Shown piece after piece: positions 1-8,298 of a DNA stretch of 36,605 nt. This DNA comes from a virus (lineage: Duplodnaviria > Caudoviricetes), in IMG/VR virus record IMGVR_UViG_3300006105_000054, positions 1 through 36,605 of that record, one strand, 5' to 3'. Position numbers and translations under genes: made by a program. Within the stretch, counting starts at the first letter, position 1. The number at the start of each line of letters is the position of its first letter. The notes beneath the pieces are model-generated. The model saw only the letters and a list, made by a program, of their open reading frames with translations. It had not been told where the DNA came from and ran no database searches.

Positions 1-2
1 CA

Positions 3-68
3 GACGGCAAGATGTATTCATGGGATGAACCAACAACTTCTTGGAAAGAGGTAGTAACAAATGGCTGA
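3..68 (+). CDS. 3' end of a small tail-associated protein (partial, runs off the left edge)
   Basis: Frame from nt 3 reads DGKMYSWDEPTTSWKEVVTNG*, resembling the DGKxYxWDExxxxW C-terminus common in small phage tail-region proteins; the stop overlaps the next ATG. Confidence 0.6.
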   Translation, partial: DGKMYSWDEPTTSWKEVVTNG

Positions 69-288
69 TACTCGTATCGAGGTTAACTGCGCTACTGGCG
101 AAGTAACAGAGATTGCTCTGACTGCTGCCGAGATTGCAGAGCGCGACCAGCAAGCAGCTCAAGCTGCTGCTGACGCGCAGGCAAAAGCTGCTGCGGACCA
201 GGCTAAGGCAGATGCAAAGCTAGCCGCACAGGCTAAGTTGCAGTCGCTTGGCTTGACGGGCGAAGAAGTAGCTGCACTAACAAATTAG
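61..288 (+). CDS. Small tail-region hypothetical protein with Ala/Gln-rich coiled coil
   Basis: 75 aa ORF, GAGGT SD upstream, EVNCATGEV N-terminus and an A/Q/K helical C-terminus. Confidence 0.75.
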   Translation: MADTRIEVNCATGEVTEIALTAAEIAERDQQAAQAAADAQAKAAADQAKADAKLAAQAKLQSLGLTGEEVAALTN

Positions 289-304
289 TACAAATAAACA
301 ATTT

Positions 305-379
305 ACCCCAGAACCGTCCCTGAAACTCGGCTTAGGCGTTAGGCGTACCGAGTAGACCAAACGGCTGGGGTTTTCTTTT
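305..379 (+). terminator. Extended interrupted hairpin followed by a U-tract (terminator or attenuator-like structured RNA)
   Basis: Nested pairings ACCCCAG(305-311)/CTGGGGT(365-371), CCGT/ACGG and ACTCGG(325-330)/CCGAGT(348-353), followed by TTTCTTTT and then the SD GAGGAGG. Confidence 0.6.
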
Positions 380-390
380 GAGGAGGATAG

Positions 391-2613
391 ATGTCCGGCT
401 ATGACATTACCGAAGGTAGAGCATCCGAAGCTATTGCCGTTGACCTTGGTATTACTGCTGGAACTATCTGGCAGAACTCAGGCATTGACTACGATGTAGC
501 CATCGGTGGCATTCCGTTCATCCTCGACGCTAGCGACCAGCATGCATACGAGCGCAGCACTGCGCCGTTCCGTAAGAACCAGTTCGATACACAGCGTGAC
601 CCGGGCGAACAGTCCATCACAGGCTGGTGGCTTCGTAGCCAGTCCAGCTTCCACGCTGGTCAAGGCGTTACTTTCTACGACCCATTTGCCAACCCCTTCT
701 CTACTACGCTGGCATCTAACTCGTACCGCTACAACATTTCCTATGGTGTAAATGTCTTCAACCAAGGACAGGTAACACTTCTTAACAGCACCAGCTTGTG
801 TACATCTACTACAGCAGCCACTCACCTTGAGGCATACCATGCCACCGGTGATGGCGACTATGTCATTATGTTGGACACCAACATCTACAAGGTAGCAGCT
901 AACGGCACCAAGACCACACTGGTTAGCCCAAGCAGCACTGTTTATTCGTTCACGACGGACGGCTCCTATTGCTACTACATAGACGGAACCAGCGTTAAAT
1001 CCGTTCCGCTTGCTGGCGGTAGCCCAACTACCCTGTACTCCGTACCAGCAGTAACAACTTCTTCTGCTATGCACTGGGCTAAGCAACGCCTTGTTGCTGG
1101 TATCAACAATGCGCTGTATGAATTACCTGCCGTTAGCTCTGGTAGTGCAACAAGTTTTACCATTACAGCTACACAGAATGACGCAACAACCAACACGGCT
1201 ACCATTGTCACCAGCACTAACCACACCATTTCTGTCAATGACCACATCACCATCAGTAGCGTTGGTACCAACGGTTCTGTTTACAATGGTAACTACATGG
1301 TCATGGGTGTGCCTGCACCTAACAGCTTTACTGTCTTTAACACAGGAACCAACCTTGCTTACGCTACCAACACAGGTACGGTAACGGTTAACTCTAACTA
1401 CCCTGTGTACACCCACCCAAATCCTAACTGGATATGGACAGACATTGAAGAGGCTGGTCCTGCTATCTATGCAGCTGGCTACTCTGGCGTTAACTCTGCT
1501 ATCTACATGTTTGTTCTTACCACACAAGGCACCATGCCTGTGCTTACTTCAGGTATTGTGGCAGCGCAACTACCACAAGGTGAAGTTATTTACTCTATGT
1601 ATTCCCACCTTGGTGAGTATCTCATCATTGGCACCAACAAGGGTGCGCGTGTAGCACAGGTAGACCAAGCCACGGGTTACATTACCTACGGTCCGCTGTT
1701 GGTCTACACTACCACGCCAGTGCGCGGCTTTGCAGCCCGTGATTCCTATGTCTGGTTTGGTAGCGCAGTCTCTGATGGCACCGATACCTACGCAGGTACA
1801 TGGCGCATTGACTTATCCAATGAGATTGACACGCTCCGCTTTGCTACGACACAAGATGTAGTAGCGGATAACTTGCCCGGCACTACCTACGACATTGCGT
1901 TCTTGGGTAACACCAATCAACTTACTTTTCTTGCATCAACGGATGCTGGCACCCCAGCTAGCCAAGGGCTGTGGATACAGTCGGCAACTCAACTGATGAC
2001 TGATGGTTTTGTACAAACTGGTTACATTCGCTACAACACATTGGAACAGAAGAACTTCAAACGTGTAGTGGCACGCGGTGACTATGGCATAGCGCCATCA
2101 GGTACCACCGCTGGTGTTACCAAGGGTTCTATGAGTATCTATACAGTAGATACAGCAGGCAACCAGTACAACATCGTGTCGTACAACAACGTCATTGGTA
2201 CACCTGAAGTGACCATTACTTCCCCATCAGGAGCACAGGATGCTATCGCCCTGCGCTTTACCTTGTACCGTGATGCTACTGACCCTACAACTGGACCTAC
2301 TTTCAAAGGCTACCAGCTCAAGGCTGTGCCTGCTACACCTCGTACCCGTATCATCAAGATACCGCTACTGTGCTACGACGTAGAGACGGACAAGTACAAC
2401 GGCACCATTGGATACGAAGGTCGTGCCTTCGACAAGCTAGCTGCACTGGAATCACTAGAGGCAGCAGGTGACGTGGTCACACTGCAAGACTTCCGCACTG
2501 GAGAAACTAGCCAGTGTTTGATTGAAGAACTAACCTTTGTCAACAAAATGTCCCCAGATAAGAAGCTGACAAACTTTGGCGGGGTTGTCGTTATCACAGT
2601 CAGAACGGTATAA
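391..2613 (+). CDS. Large virion tail protein (probable beta-propeller tail nozzle / tail tubular protein B analogue)
   Basis: 740 aa, strong SD GAGGAGG, beta-strand and Thr/Ser/Tyr-rich repeats, last structural gene before lysis; function inferred from size and position. Confidence 0.6.
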   Translation: MSGYDITEGRASEAIAVDLGITAGTIWQNSGIDYDVAIGGIPFILDASDQHAYERSTAPFRKNQFDTQRDPGEQSITGWWLRSQSSFHAGQGVTFYDPFANPFSTTLASNSYRYNISYGVNVFNQGQVTLLNSTSLCTSTTAATHLEAYHATGDGDYVIMLDTNIYKVAANGTKTTLVSPSSTVYSFTTDGSYCYYIDGTSVKSVPLAGGSPTTLYSVPAVTTSSAMHWAKQRLVAGINNALYELPAVSSGSATSFTITATQNDATTNTATIVTSTNHTISVNDHITISSVGTNGSVYNGNYMVMGVPAPNSFTVFNTGTNLAYATNTGTVTVNSNYPVYTHPNPNWIWTDIEEAGPAIYAAGYSGVNSAIYMFVLTTQGTMPVLTSGIVAAQLPQGEVIYSMYSHLGEYLIIGTNKGARVAQVDQATGYITYGPLLVYTTTPVRGFAARDSYVWFGSAVSDGTDTYAGTWRIDLSNEIDTLRFATTQDVVADNLPGTTYDIAFLGNTNQLTFLASTDAGTPASQGLWIQSATQLMTDGFVQTGYIRYNTLEQKNFKRVVARGDYGIAPSGTTAGVTKGSMSIYTVDTAGNQYNIVSYNNVIGTPEVTITSPSGAQDAIALRFTLYRDATDPTTGPTFKGYQLKAVPATPRTRIIKIPLLCYDVETDKYNGTIGYEGRAFDKLAALESLEAAGDVVTLQDFRTGETSQCLIEELTFVNKMSPDKKLTNFGGVVVITVRTV

Positions 2614-2616
2614 CAC

Positions 2617-2904
2617 GTGAACGTTAACACTGCCACCATTGTCTACTCGTACTTTTTTGTCTTGACCGGCGTACTAGCTGGGGCATCTTTTGTCTTTAAG
2701 CACTACCTCAACCGTGTGATTAACGAACAGGTTACCCCGCTACTGCACCTCGTCAGTGAGATGGACAAGCGAACTAACCGCATTGAGTATGCACTATACA
2801 ACGATGGCAAGACAGGGCTCATCAACAAGGTTGATGCCCTGATGGAGAACCAACAGTTAATTAAGACTGATGTCGAGGTAATGAAAGCGAGACAGGATGT
2901 TTAA
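2617..2904 (+). CDS. Membrane protein with N-terminal TM helix and coiled coil (holin-like / lysis accessory)
   Basis: GTG start, hydrophobic segment IVYSYFFVLTGVLAGASFVF, heptad C-terminus, located in the lysis cassette. Confidence 0.65.
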   Translation: MNVNTATIVYSYFFVLTGVLAGASFVFKHYLNRVINEQVTPLLHLVSEMDKRTNRIEYALYNDGKTGLINKVDALMENQQLIKTDVEVMKARQDV

Positions 2905-3238
2905 GCGTAAGTACATCCACCCAGATACCGGCGACATCCTTACCTTTAGCGAGCAGATTTCATGGACAATACAAAGCGTGATTCGGAATTGGTTCTTTGT
3001 AATTGCATGGACTGCGACTACTGTGGTCTGGTGGATTAAGCCATCATGGTTTGGTGATGACAAGTCTTATGTACATTGGATGAACCTAGCCTCGTGGCTA
3101 GCGGTAACGGTAGAACTCATCATTGGTATTGCCATGATTGGGCAGACCAAGCGGGATGCACAGATTATCCGCCACATCCTCAAGCTAGAAAAGCAAGAGA
3201 TTGAGCACCTAGAAGAACTCATCGAGGACAAAGAATGA
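2897..3238 (+). CDS. DUF1003-like two-TM membrane protein
   Basis: WFFVIAW...WW helix, then NL.SW.A...ELII...Q..RD pattern resembling DUF1003; overlaps both neighbours. Confidence 0.55.
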   Translation: MFKRKYIHPDTGDILTFSEQISWTIQSVIRNWFFVIAWTATTVVWWIKPSWFGDDKSYVHWMNLASWLAVTVELIIGIAMIGQTKRDAQIIRHILKLEKQEIEHLEELIEDKE

Positions 3239-3786
3239 CTTACCCTTTTTACCAAGCAACCAACTACACCAAGGGTCGCAATGGTCACATCCCACATCTC
3301 ATTGTGGTGCACACCATGGAAACCCCTGAGTCTGAAGGACGAGCCAAGCAAGTAGCTGGCTGGTTTGCAGGCAAGACGGCACCGCAGGCATCCGCCCACT
3401 ACATGGTGGATGACAAGCAGGTAGTCCAGTCAGTCTCTGAGTTTGATACTGCATGGGCAGTGGATGACTACACATTAAACCAACAGTCTATTTCCATTGA
3501 GCATGCTGGTTCTGCTAGCCAGAGTGCAGAGCAATGGAACGATGCCTACTCACAGGCAGAGCTAAAGCTATCAGCGGCGCTCGCAGCTGAGATTGCTACT
3601 CGCTACCGTATCCCCGTTGTCAAGCTATCCCCAGCCGACATCCTTGCTGGCAAGGCTGGTATCTGTGGACACCACGACATCACCGTAGCTAAGGCTATTG
3701 CTGGCGGACACACCGACCCGAGCACCAACTTCCCTTGGGATGCCTACCTTGGACTCATCAAGACCCACACGCAAGCTTCATCTTAA
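3235..3786 (+). CDS. Endolysin, N-acetylmuramoyl-L-alanine amidase (Amidase_2), catalytic domain only
   Basis: Zn-amidase motifs IVVHTME, SAHY, SISIEH, GHHD and HTDP. Confidence 0.92.
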   Translation: MTYPFYQATNYTKGRNGHIPHLIVVHTMETPESEGRAKQVAGWFAGKTAPQASAHYMVDDKQVVQSVSEFDTAWAVDDYTLNQQSISIEHAGSASQSAEQWNDAYSQAELKLSAALAAEIATRYRIPVVKLSPADILAGKAGICGHHDITVAKAIAGGHTDPSTNFPWDAYLGLIKTHTQASS

Positions 3787-3883
3787 AGCCTCCTGCTTCC
3801 GCTGTCGGCGGATGGGAGCGTATAACATTAAGAGCTGGACATATCTTTGTCCAGATTGCTATGAAGACTACCTTAAGGAGTAA
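3740..3883 (+). CDS. Small CxxC...CxxC zinc-finger protein overlapping the endolysin 3' end
   Basis: ATG at 3740 gives MPTLDSSRPTRKLHLKASCFRCRR...CPDCYEDYLKE; it fills the gap to the holin and its end carries the holin SD (TAAGGAG). Confidence 0.5.
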   Translation: MPTLDSSRPTRKLHLKASCFRCRRMGAYNIKSWTYLCPDCYEDYLKE

Positions 3884-3889
3884 GAACAT

Positions 3890-4150
3890 ATGCGCAACAT
3901 TCACATCTCACCAAAGGTATGGACTGTGTTGGCTACCTATGCTCACGTATTCGTGGGCGCTGTAGCTACAGAGTACATCCTTGGCAAGCACACACCACAT
4001 GACCTCATTGCCGCTGGCGTGGGTTCAATCATCCCACCTATCTTGCGCTGGGCTAACCCTGCTGACCAGTTCCCGAACCCAGCTCCTGCCCTTGTAGCAG
4101 CTGCTAAGGTCGTAGACGCTCCAGCAGAGGCTGCTAAACCTGCCGCGTAG
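3890..4150 (+). CDS. Holin
   Basis: 86 aa, two hydrophobic helices, PILRWANP.D motif typical of actinophage holins, directly after the amidase. Confidence 0.75.
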   Translation: MRNIHISPKVWTVLATYAHVFVGAVATEYILGKHTPHDLIAAGVGSIIPPILRWANPADQFPNPAPALVAAAKVVDAPAEAAKPAA

Positions 4151-4187
4151 TACCCTCTAATCGGGGCTATAAGCCCCATAGAGACCA

Positions 4188-4234
4188 GAAACCCCCCTTC
4201 CTAGTATCTTTACTAGGTCGGGGGGTTCTTTTTT
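4188..4234 (+). terminator. Rho-independent terminator between the convergent arms
   Basis: AACCCCCC..CCTAGTA-TCTT-TACTAGG..GGGGGGTT followed by CTTTTTT; a small GGGGCT/AGCCCC hairpin lies upstream at 4163-4177. Confidence 0.85.
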
Positions 4235-4285
4235 GTTTTCTGAACTGGTCTTCCCCTTACCAATTCAGAAATCTATGGCGTGTCT

Positions 4286-4311
4286 TACTGTACAGTACAG
4301 TACTGCTACAG
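4286..4311. repeat. Palindrome TACTGTACAGTA plus 14-bp motif CAGTACTGCTACAG (second copy at 16514-16527)
   Basis: Perfect 12-bp palindrome at 4286-4297; 4298-4311 is identical to 16514-16527. Confidence 0.7.
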
Positions 4312-4325
4312 TAAAATCACCCATG

Positions 4326-4601
4326 TCAGTGGGTGATTTTCTGTCTGCGTCTGTAGTTTAGTCTGCCTCTCTGTCCCAGTCCACCCCAAATCCCTTCGAG
4401 GTTATACTTCAGGGCATACTCCCTACACTCGTTCATCACAGGGCAGGACTTGCACATCTTGATAAGCATTGCGTCAGGGTTATGACCTTGCTCTGGAAAG
4501 AACATCTCTGTATCTATGCCAGCACAAGCTGCATCTTTCTTCCAGTACTCATCGGCTATGTCAGTCGGTTGAATACAGGCTGAGTAATCTTCGTGAGACA
4601 T
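4326..4601 (-). CDS. whiB: WhiB family Fe-S transcription factor
   Basis: W...AAC...D.EMFFP...CxxCPV..EC..YAL...GIWGG: four Cys plus the G[IV]WGG motif. Confidence 0.95.
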   Translation of the reverse strand: MSHEDYSACIQPTDIADEYWKKDAACAGIDTEMFFPEQGHNPDAMLIKMCKSCPVMNECREYALKYNLEGIWGGLGQRGRLNYRRRQKITH

Positions 4602-4768
4602 TATCCTCCTGTGCTATAGAAGCCGCCGGTATTAAACTTCACCGGTGTTGGATAGAATACTTTCTCCATGCTCTGTTCGCAACACACAGGCAGGGTGTCG
4701 TCACCAAAAGATTTGTACACTTCTTGTACAGAACCGCAGACCTTACATTTGAAATCGTAGTTAGGCAC
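4601..4768 (-). CDS. FmdB-family zinc-ribbon protein
   Basis: GTG at 4768 gives MPNYDFKCKVCG...PVCC...MEKV...VKFNTGGFYST, the typical MP.Y.Y.C..CG...F.G.GFY pattern. Confidence 0.85.
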   Translation of the reverse strand: MPNYDFKCKVCGSVQEVYKSFGDDTLPVCCEQSMEKVFYPTPVKFNTGGFYSTGG

Positions 4769-4952
4769 AGTCCATCCCTTCATCGTCGATTGGTGTAGGT
4801 GCAGTGGTGTAGGTACCGCACTCCCTGCACTGCTGGCGTAAGTCATACCAACCTATGCTCCGCGTCTGTTCGTCCCACATGACATTGAGTCGGAAGACTC
4901 GGCACCCGCAGATACAGGCAAAGGCAGGCACACCTGTCAGGTCATGCATCAT
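4761..4952 (-). CDS. Small zinc-binding hypothetical protein
   Basis: CxCG and CxxCG motifs plus TAPTP.D; tightly overlapped with neighbours. Confidence 0.7.
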   Translation of the reverse strand: MMHDLTGVPAFACICGCRVFRLNVMWDEQTRSIGWYDLRQQCRECGTYTTAPTPIDDEGMDCA

Positions 4953-5739
4953 CTAGGTCAGCCATTGCTTCACGACGGTCTTGCTCGTCGCGGTGCTTGC
5001 TGTTCCAATACAGCTTGTAGAACTCTAGGTCAAAGGAGAATCGCTTCATGTGCTGGACGGTAGCGCCAGTGTGTGCCCATAGTGGGACACCAGCTTCTTT
5101 CATAGCACGGAAGAAGTTAATATCCTCTGATACAAACTGCTCGCCAACACCAGTCTCGTTAAAGAATGGACGGTTGCCGTGGTGCTTGCGCATTTTTTCA
5201 CCTGCGCTTCGGTGCATAAGCACGAAGCCAAAGCCAGCACATCCTACTTGGACAAGTGAATTAGCTGGTAGAGGATGAACGTACTGAATCTGGTGGTCGT
5301 TCTCCGTAAAGTGGAACAGCGCAGGGAATGGTTCCATCAACGCTTGTTCGTTCTGCTTAGAGATGAAGTAGGTGCCGCATACCACCGGACGATTGACTGG
5401 GTCCGCGGCTTTCCATACCTTGCCCAATGCCTCTGCTGTAAGCACAATGTCTGAGTCCACCCACAGTACCCATGGGAAGTCAGTCTTATCTAGCCAGTAG
5501 TCAAAAGCATTCTGTCGTTGCCGTCCAATTTGATTGCCTTGCACACGCATAGCAGATACCAACGGCACATCAGAGGAGAAGATGGAATAGACCAAACCCT
5601 CAGTGAACTTGCCGTCTGTGGTGCCATTGTCGCACCAACAAACAACGATGTCGTTATTCAGTTTCTTTGTTGATGCCAAGCTCTTCTGTGTCACTGGTTG
5701 CTTCTTGTGTGTCTTGGTCATTGTATGGTCTCCATCCAC
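4942..5739 (-). CDS. GT-A fold (family 2-like) glycosyltransferase; true start probably TTG at 5679
   Basis: DxD motif in WVLWVDSDIV, GFGFVLMHR, SED..FF and a C-terminal H (TVQH). Confidence 0.8.
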   Translation of the reverse strand: MDGDHTMTKTHKKQPVTQKSLASTKKLNNDIVVCWCDNGTTDGKFTEGLVYSIFSSDVPLVSAMRVQGNQIGRQRQNAFDYWLDKTDFPWVLWVDSDIVLTAEALGKVWKAADPVNRPVVCGTYFISKQNEQALMEPFPALFHFTENDHQIQYVHPLPANSLVQVGCAGFGFVLMHRSAGEKMRKHHGNRPFFNETGVGEQFVSEDINFFRAMKEAGVPLWAHTGATVQHMKRFSFDLEFYKLYWNSKHRDEQDRREAMADLDDA

Positions 5740-6331
5740 CTAAATGTTGAACCAACGAACCCAATGCTCGCTGGACTTTCATGCGTGCACCATCGGGTGT
5801 GGTGCCTAGTTCTTCTGCCACCTTGGTCCATTCGGCACCCTCGTCTTCAAAGCGCACGGAAAGAACATGTTGCTTAGCTTCGGGCAATGAGTAGTACGCC
5901 TTGGCTATATCAGCACGAAGGGCTAGCCAGTTCATGCCATCACTAATCTCGCCCGACTTAACTTGATTGCCAAGGTCTTTAATCTTGGATGGCATCTCGT
6001 AAGACTCGGTGATAATGCTAGGCAAGAACGCCTCGACTACTGAGATGTCGTAGTAGTACAGGTCATGGACATCGTAGCCAACGACGCGAGCCTTCTCGCG
6101 TTCACAGTACTTAAGACATTGGTTACGAAGCGACTTGGCTATGAGCTTGTCGGAATCTTTTTGTTCCATTGCCATCCACTCCTTAAACTTGCGGGGGTGG
6201 CTAACAAACCATAGGTACATCTCTTGATGTAAATCATCTAGCTCGACCATGGGATACTTGCGTTGATAGTCCGACGCAATCTTTTGCATCATTTCTTTAT
6301 AAGGGAGCCAGTCGTCAATCGAATACTTCAC
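5654..6331 (-). CDS. Phage RNA polymerase sigma-70-family (ECF/SigK-like) factor
   Basis: Region 2-like DDLHQEMYLW; region 4 HTH LPEAKQHVLSVRF...KVAEELGTTPDGARMKVQRAL. Confidence 0.85.
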   Translation of the reverse strand: MKYSIDDWLPYKEMMQKIASDYQRKYPMVELDDLHQEMYLWFVSHPRKFKEWMAMEQKDSDKLIAKSLRNQCLKYCEREKARVVGYDVHDLYYYDISVVEAFLPSIITESYEMPSKIKDLGNQVKSGEISDGMNWLALRADIAKAYYSLPEAKQHVLSVRFEDEGAEWTKVAEELGTTPDGARMKVQRALGSLVQHLGGWRPYNDQDTQEATSDTEELGINKETE

Positions 6332-7077
6332 GGCAGCTGAATCTCCCCGTTGATAATTGGTACAGTGTAAGGAACAAAACGTCCTTGCTTGTTCTCTACC
6401 AACATACCAACGCCTTGTTGCCAGTTGGCAACTCCAGATGTGAGATAGCTAGCTTGCTTCATATCCATCATATGTCCTACTTCTAGTCCATACAATGTGC
6501 TGGTCTTACCATTAAGTCCAGTGGTGTGGTGCTGTAGTCCTAGCCTGTGCGTGTGACCACACACCACGGACTTGCCTACTTGTTGTGCCAACTTAAGAGC
6601 CGTGGCACCGGGCACACCAGACATGCGTCCTTCATCACCGTGTGCCATAACCCAGCCCGGCACAATCTCCTTCATCTTATGAAGGTAAGTGATTCCTAAA
6701 TCAGAATACCCCAGCAAATTCTCCACCTTCAGACTGCGAAGGGGTGCGAATGCTGGGGCATACTTACGGATGTAAGTCTCCACTCGGTCCGTATGATTAG
6801 ACCGCTGGATAATAAACGGTTTGTTTCTACCTAAGGCTGCACGAAAGTCAGCCATGATGTCGTGAGTCCAGTCAATGGAATCTTGGAGAGTCTGCTGATA
6901 CTCGCCTTCCATCCCTTTGTTCCACCGACTGGGCTCAGGTGCATCTAGTTCATCGCCAACGCACCACAGTTGGGTCGGCTTTACTTCCTTTATCAACCGT
7001 ATTACTTTCGATACGGATAACGGGTCGTGATACGGGATTTGTAGGTCGCTCAGGATGATTATCTTTTGACGCGCCAC
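6328..7077 (-). CDS. Calcineurin-like metallophosphoesterase
   Basis: SDLQ.PYHD, GDE.D, SNH, HGD and GHTH motifs. Confidence 0.9.
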   Translation of the reverse strand: MARQKIIILSDLQIPYHDPLSVSKVIRLIKEVKPTQLWCVGDELDAPEPSRWNKGMEGEYQQTLQDSIDWTHDIMADFRAALGRNKPFIIQRSNHTDRVETYIRKYAPAFAPLRSLKVENLLGYSDLGITYLHKMKEIVPGWVMAHGDEGRMSGVPGATALKLAQQVGKSVVCGHTHRLGLQHHTTGLNGKTSTLYGLEVGHMMDMKQASYLTSGVANWQQGVGMLVENKQGRFVPYTVPIINGEIQLP

Positions 7078-7399
7078 TCATTCGTCTCCTTGCGTACTGA
7101 GAAGGAACACCTTCCCACTGTCCGTTTTGGACTAGTATGCCTATTATGGCATAGTTTGCGAGGTCAATGAGGGTATCTTCAAGACTCTCATAGTTCGGCG
7201 TGTCGTTATTGTTTTCGACAAGGTTACTGAATCTTGCCAGCTTGTCGTACATTCGTACTCGTAGACCATTGAAAGGTCCGCCCGGTGCGAGTGAGATGTT
7301 AAGCGGACCGTAGTCTTGCTGCTTCTTAAGTAAGATTTGCTTAAGCTCTGCAAGGATTCCATCTATGTCTCGCTCCAGTTCTTGCCAGTCAGTTGCCAT
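6950..7399 (-). CDS. DUF1599 / nucleotide-modification-associated domain 1 (Nmad1)-like protein
   Basis: KKQQDYG, RM.DK..R and ES..DTL.DLANYAI motifs; the C-terminal tail overlaps the next gene by 128 nt. Confidence 0.8.
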   Translation of the reverse strand: MATDWQELERDIDGILAELKQILLKKQQDYGPLNISLAPGGPFNGLRVRMYDKLARFSNLVENNNDTPNYESLEDTLIDLANYAIIGILVQNGQWEGVPSQYARRRMSGASKDNHPERPTNPVSRPVIRIESNTVDKGSKADPTVVRWR

Positions 7400-7697
7400 T
7401 GTCTAGTACTTCCTTTACCTGAAGCTCAAAGTTCTTCATGCTTTCCCGAACCGAGAGTTCTTCCCATACCTTATCCGCTTGGTCCAAAGGCGCAGCAACA
7501 AGTAGAGCAGTAAGCCCAATAATAAGTTCCTGTGCTTCGACTTGATTAGTTTTGTTAACTTCATATACATCGTAGAGAGCACCCAGTAAATCTAGTACCC
7601 TAGTCTCTGAGATGTGAATACCGATGGAGCCTTCCATCTTGTCCACGTAATCCCATATCGTCTCGTCAAGAGGCAATACAATCTCTGACTCGCTCAT
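7389..7697 (-). CDS. Hypothetical acidic helical protein
   Basis: 102 aa ORF packed between the primase and DUF1599 genes with short overlaps. Confidence 0.7.
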   Translation of the reverse strand: MSESEIVLPLDETIWDYVDKMEGSIGIHISETRVLDLLGALYDVYEVNKTNQVEAQELIIGLTALLVAAPLDQADKVWEELSVRESMKNFELQVKEVLDNGN

Positions 7698-8298
7698 CTA
7701 TCCATTCCTTCCCGTACTTGAGGATGACACTGTTGACGTCCTCACCTTCTGGCATTGGTATTACATTAGCATTGGGTAGCTCCCTAGCTACCTGCTTGCC
7801 AAAGTCAGCACCGGCTTTGTCACCATCAGCTAAGACAACTACATTGTCGTAGTCATCTAGTATCTTGGCATAGTGTGACTTCCAGTTATTAGCACCCGGT
7901 ATTCCTACTGTTGGGTGCTCAGTCTTTACCGACATGAGGATACAATCAAACTCACCTTCGGTAACACAGATGTACTTGGTTGCTTGGAAGCAAGCCTGAG
8001 TATTAAACATAGTGGTAGTAGCACCGGGCATACCCATATACTTGGGTCTGTCATCTTCGGTAATCTTTCTAAAACGAATGTCCACCACACCTGATGGTGT
8101 GATGTACGGGATAGCTATCCTACCTTGGTATTGCTCATGCCCCGGAAGCGGCTCGACGACCAAGCCCAGATGAAACTGCTGAGCTTCTTCTACCGATAGC
8201 GCTCGTCCTGCTAGGTACTCCGCCGCTTGGTCTAGTGTTGAAGCGTACTGTTGTGTTGCCCGAAGTAGAAATTGTCTCTGCGTATTCGACAGCCTCAC
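7666..8298 (-). CDS. DNA primase, TOPRIM catalytic part
   Basis: R..IPY, PKY, TEGEFD, IPGA..W, DGD.AG and D.N motifs of DnaG-type TOPRIM domains. Confidence 0.9.
   Translation of the reverse strand: MRLSNTQRQFLLRATQQYASTLDQAAEYLAGRALSVEEAQQFHLGLVVEPLPGHEQYQGRIAIPYITPSGVVDIRFRKITEDDRPKYMGMPGATTTMFNTQACFQATKYICVTEGEFDCILMSVKTEHPTVGIPGANNWKSHYAKILDDYDNVVVLADGDKAGADFGKQVARELPNANVIPMPEGEDVNSVILKYGKEWIDERVRDCIAS

Noticed and set aside
305-379. Known self-cleaving ribozyme
   Set aside because: Hammerhead (CUGANGA/GAAA), hairpin, pistol and twister cores could not be fitted by eye
6950-7077. 128-nt overlap of the DUF1599-like and phosphoesterase genes as dual coding
   Set aside because: The conserved domain ends before the overlap; the tail looks like neutral run-on to the next stop
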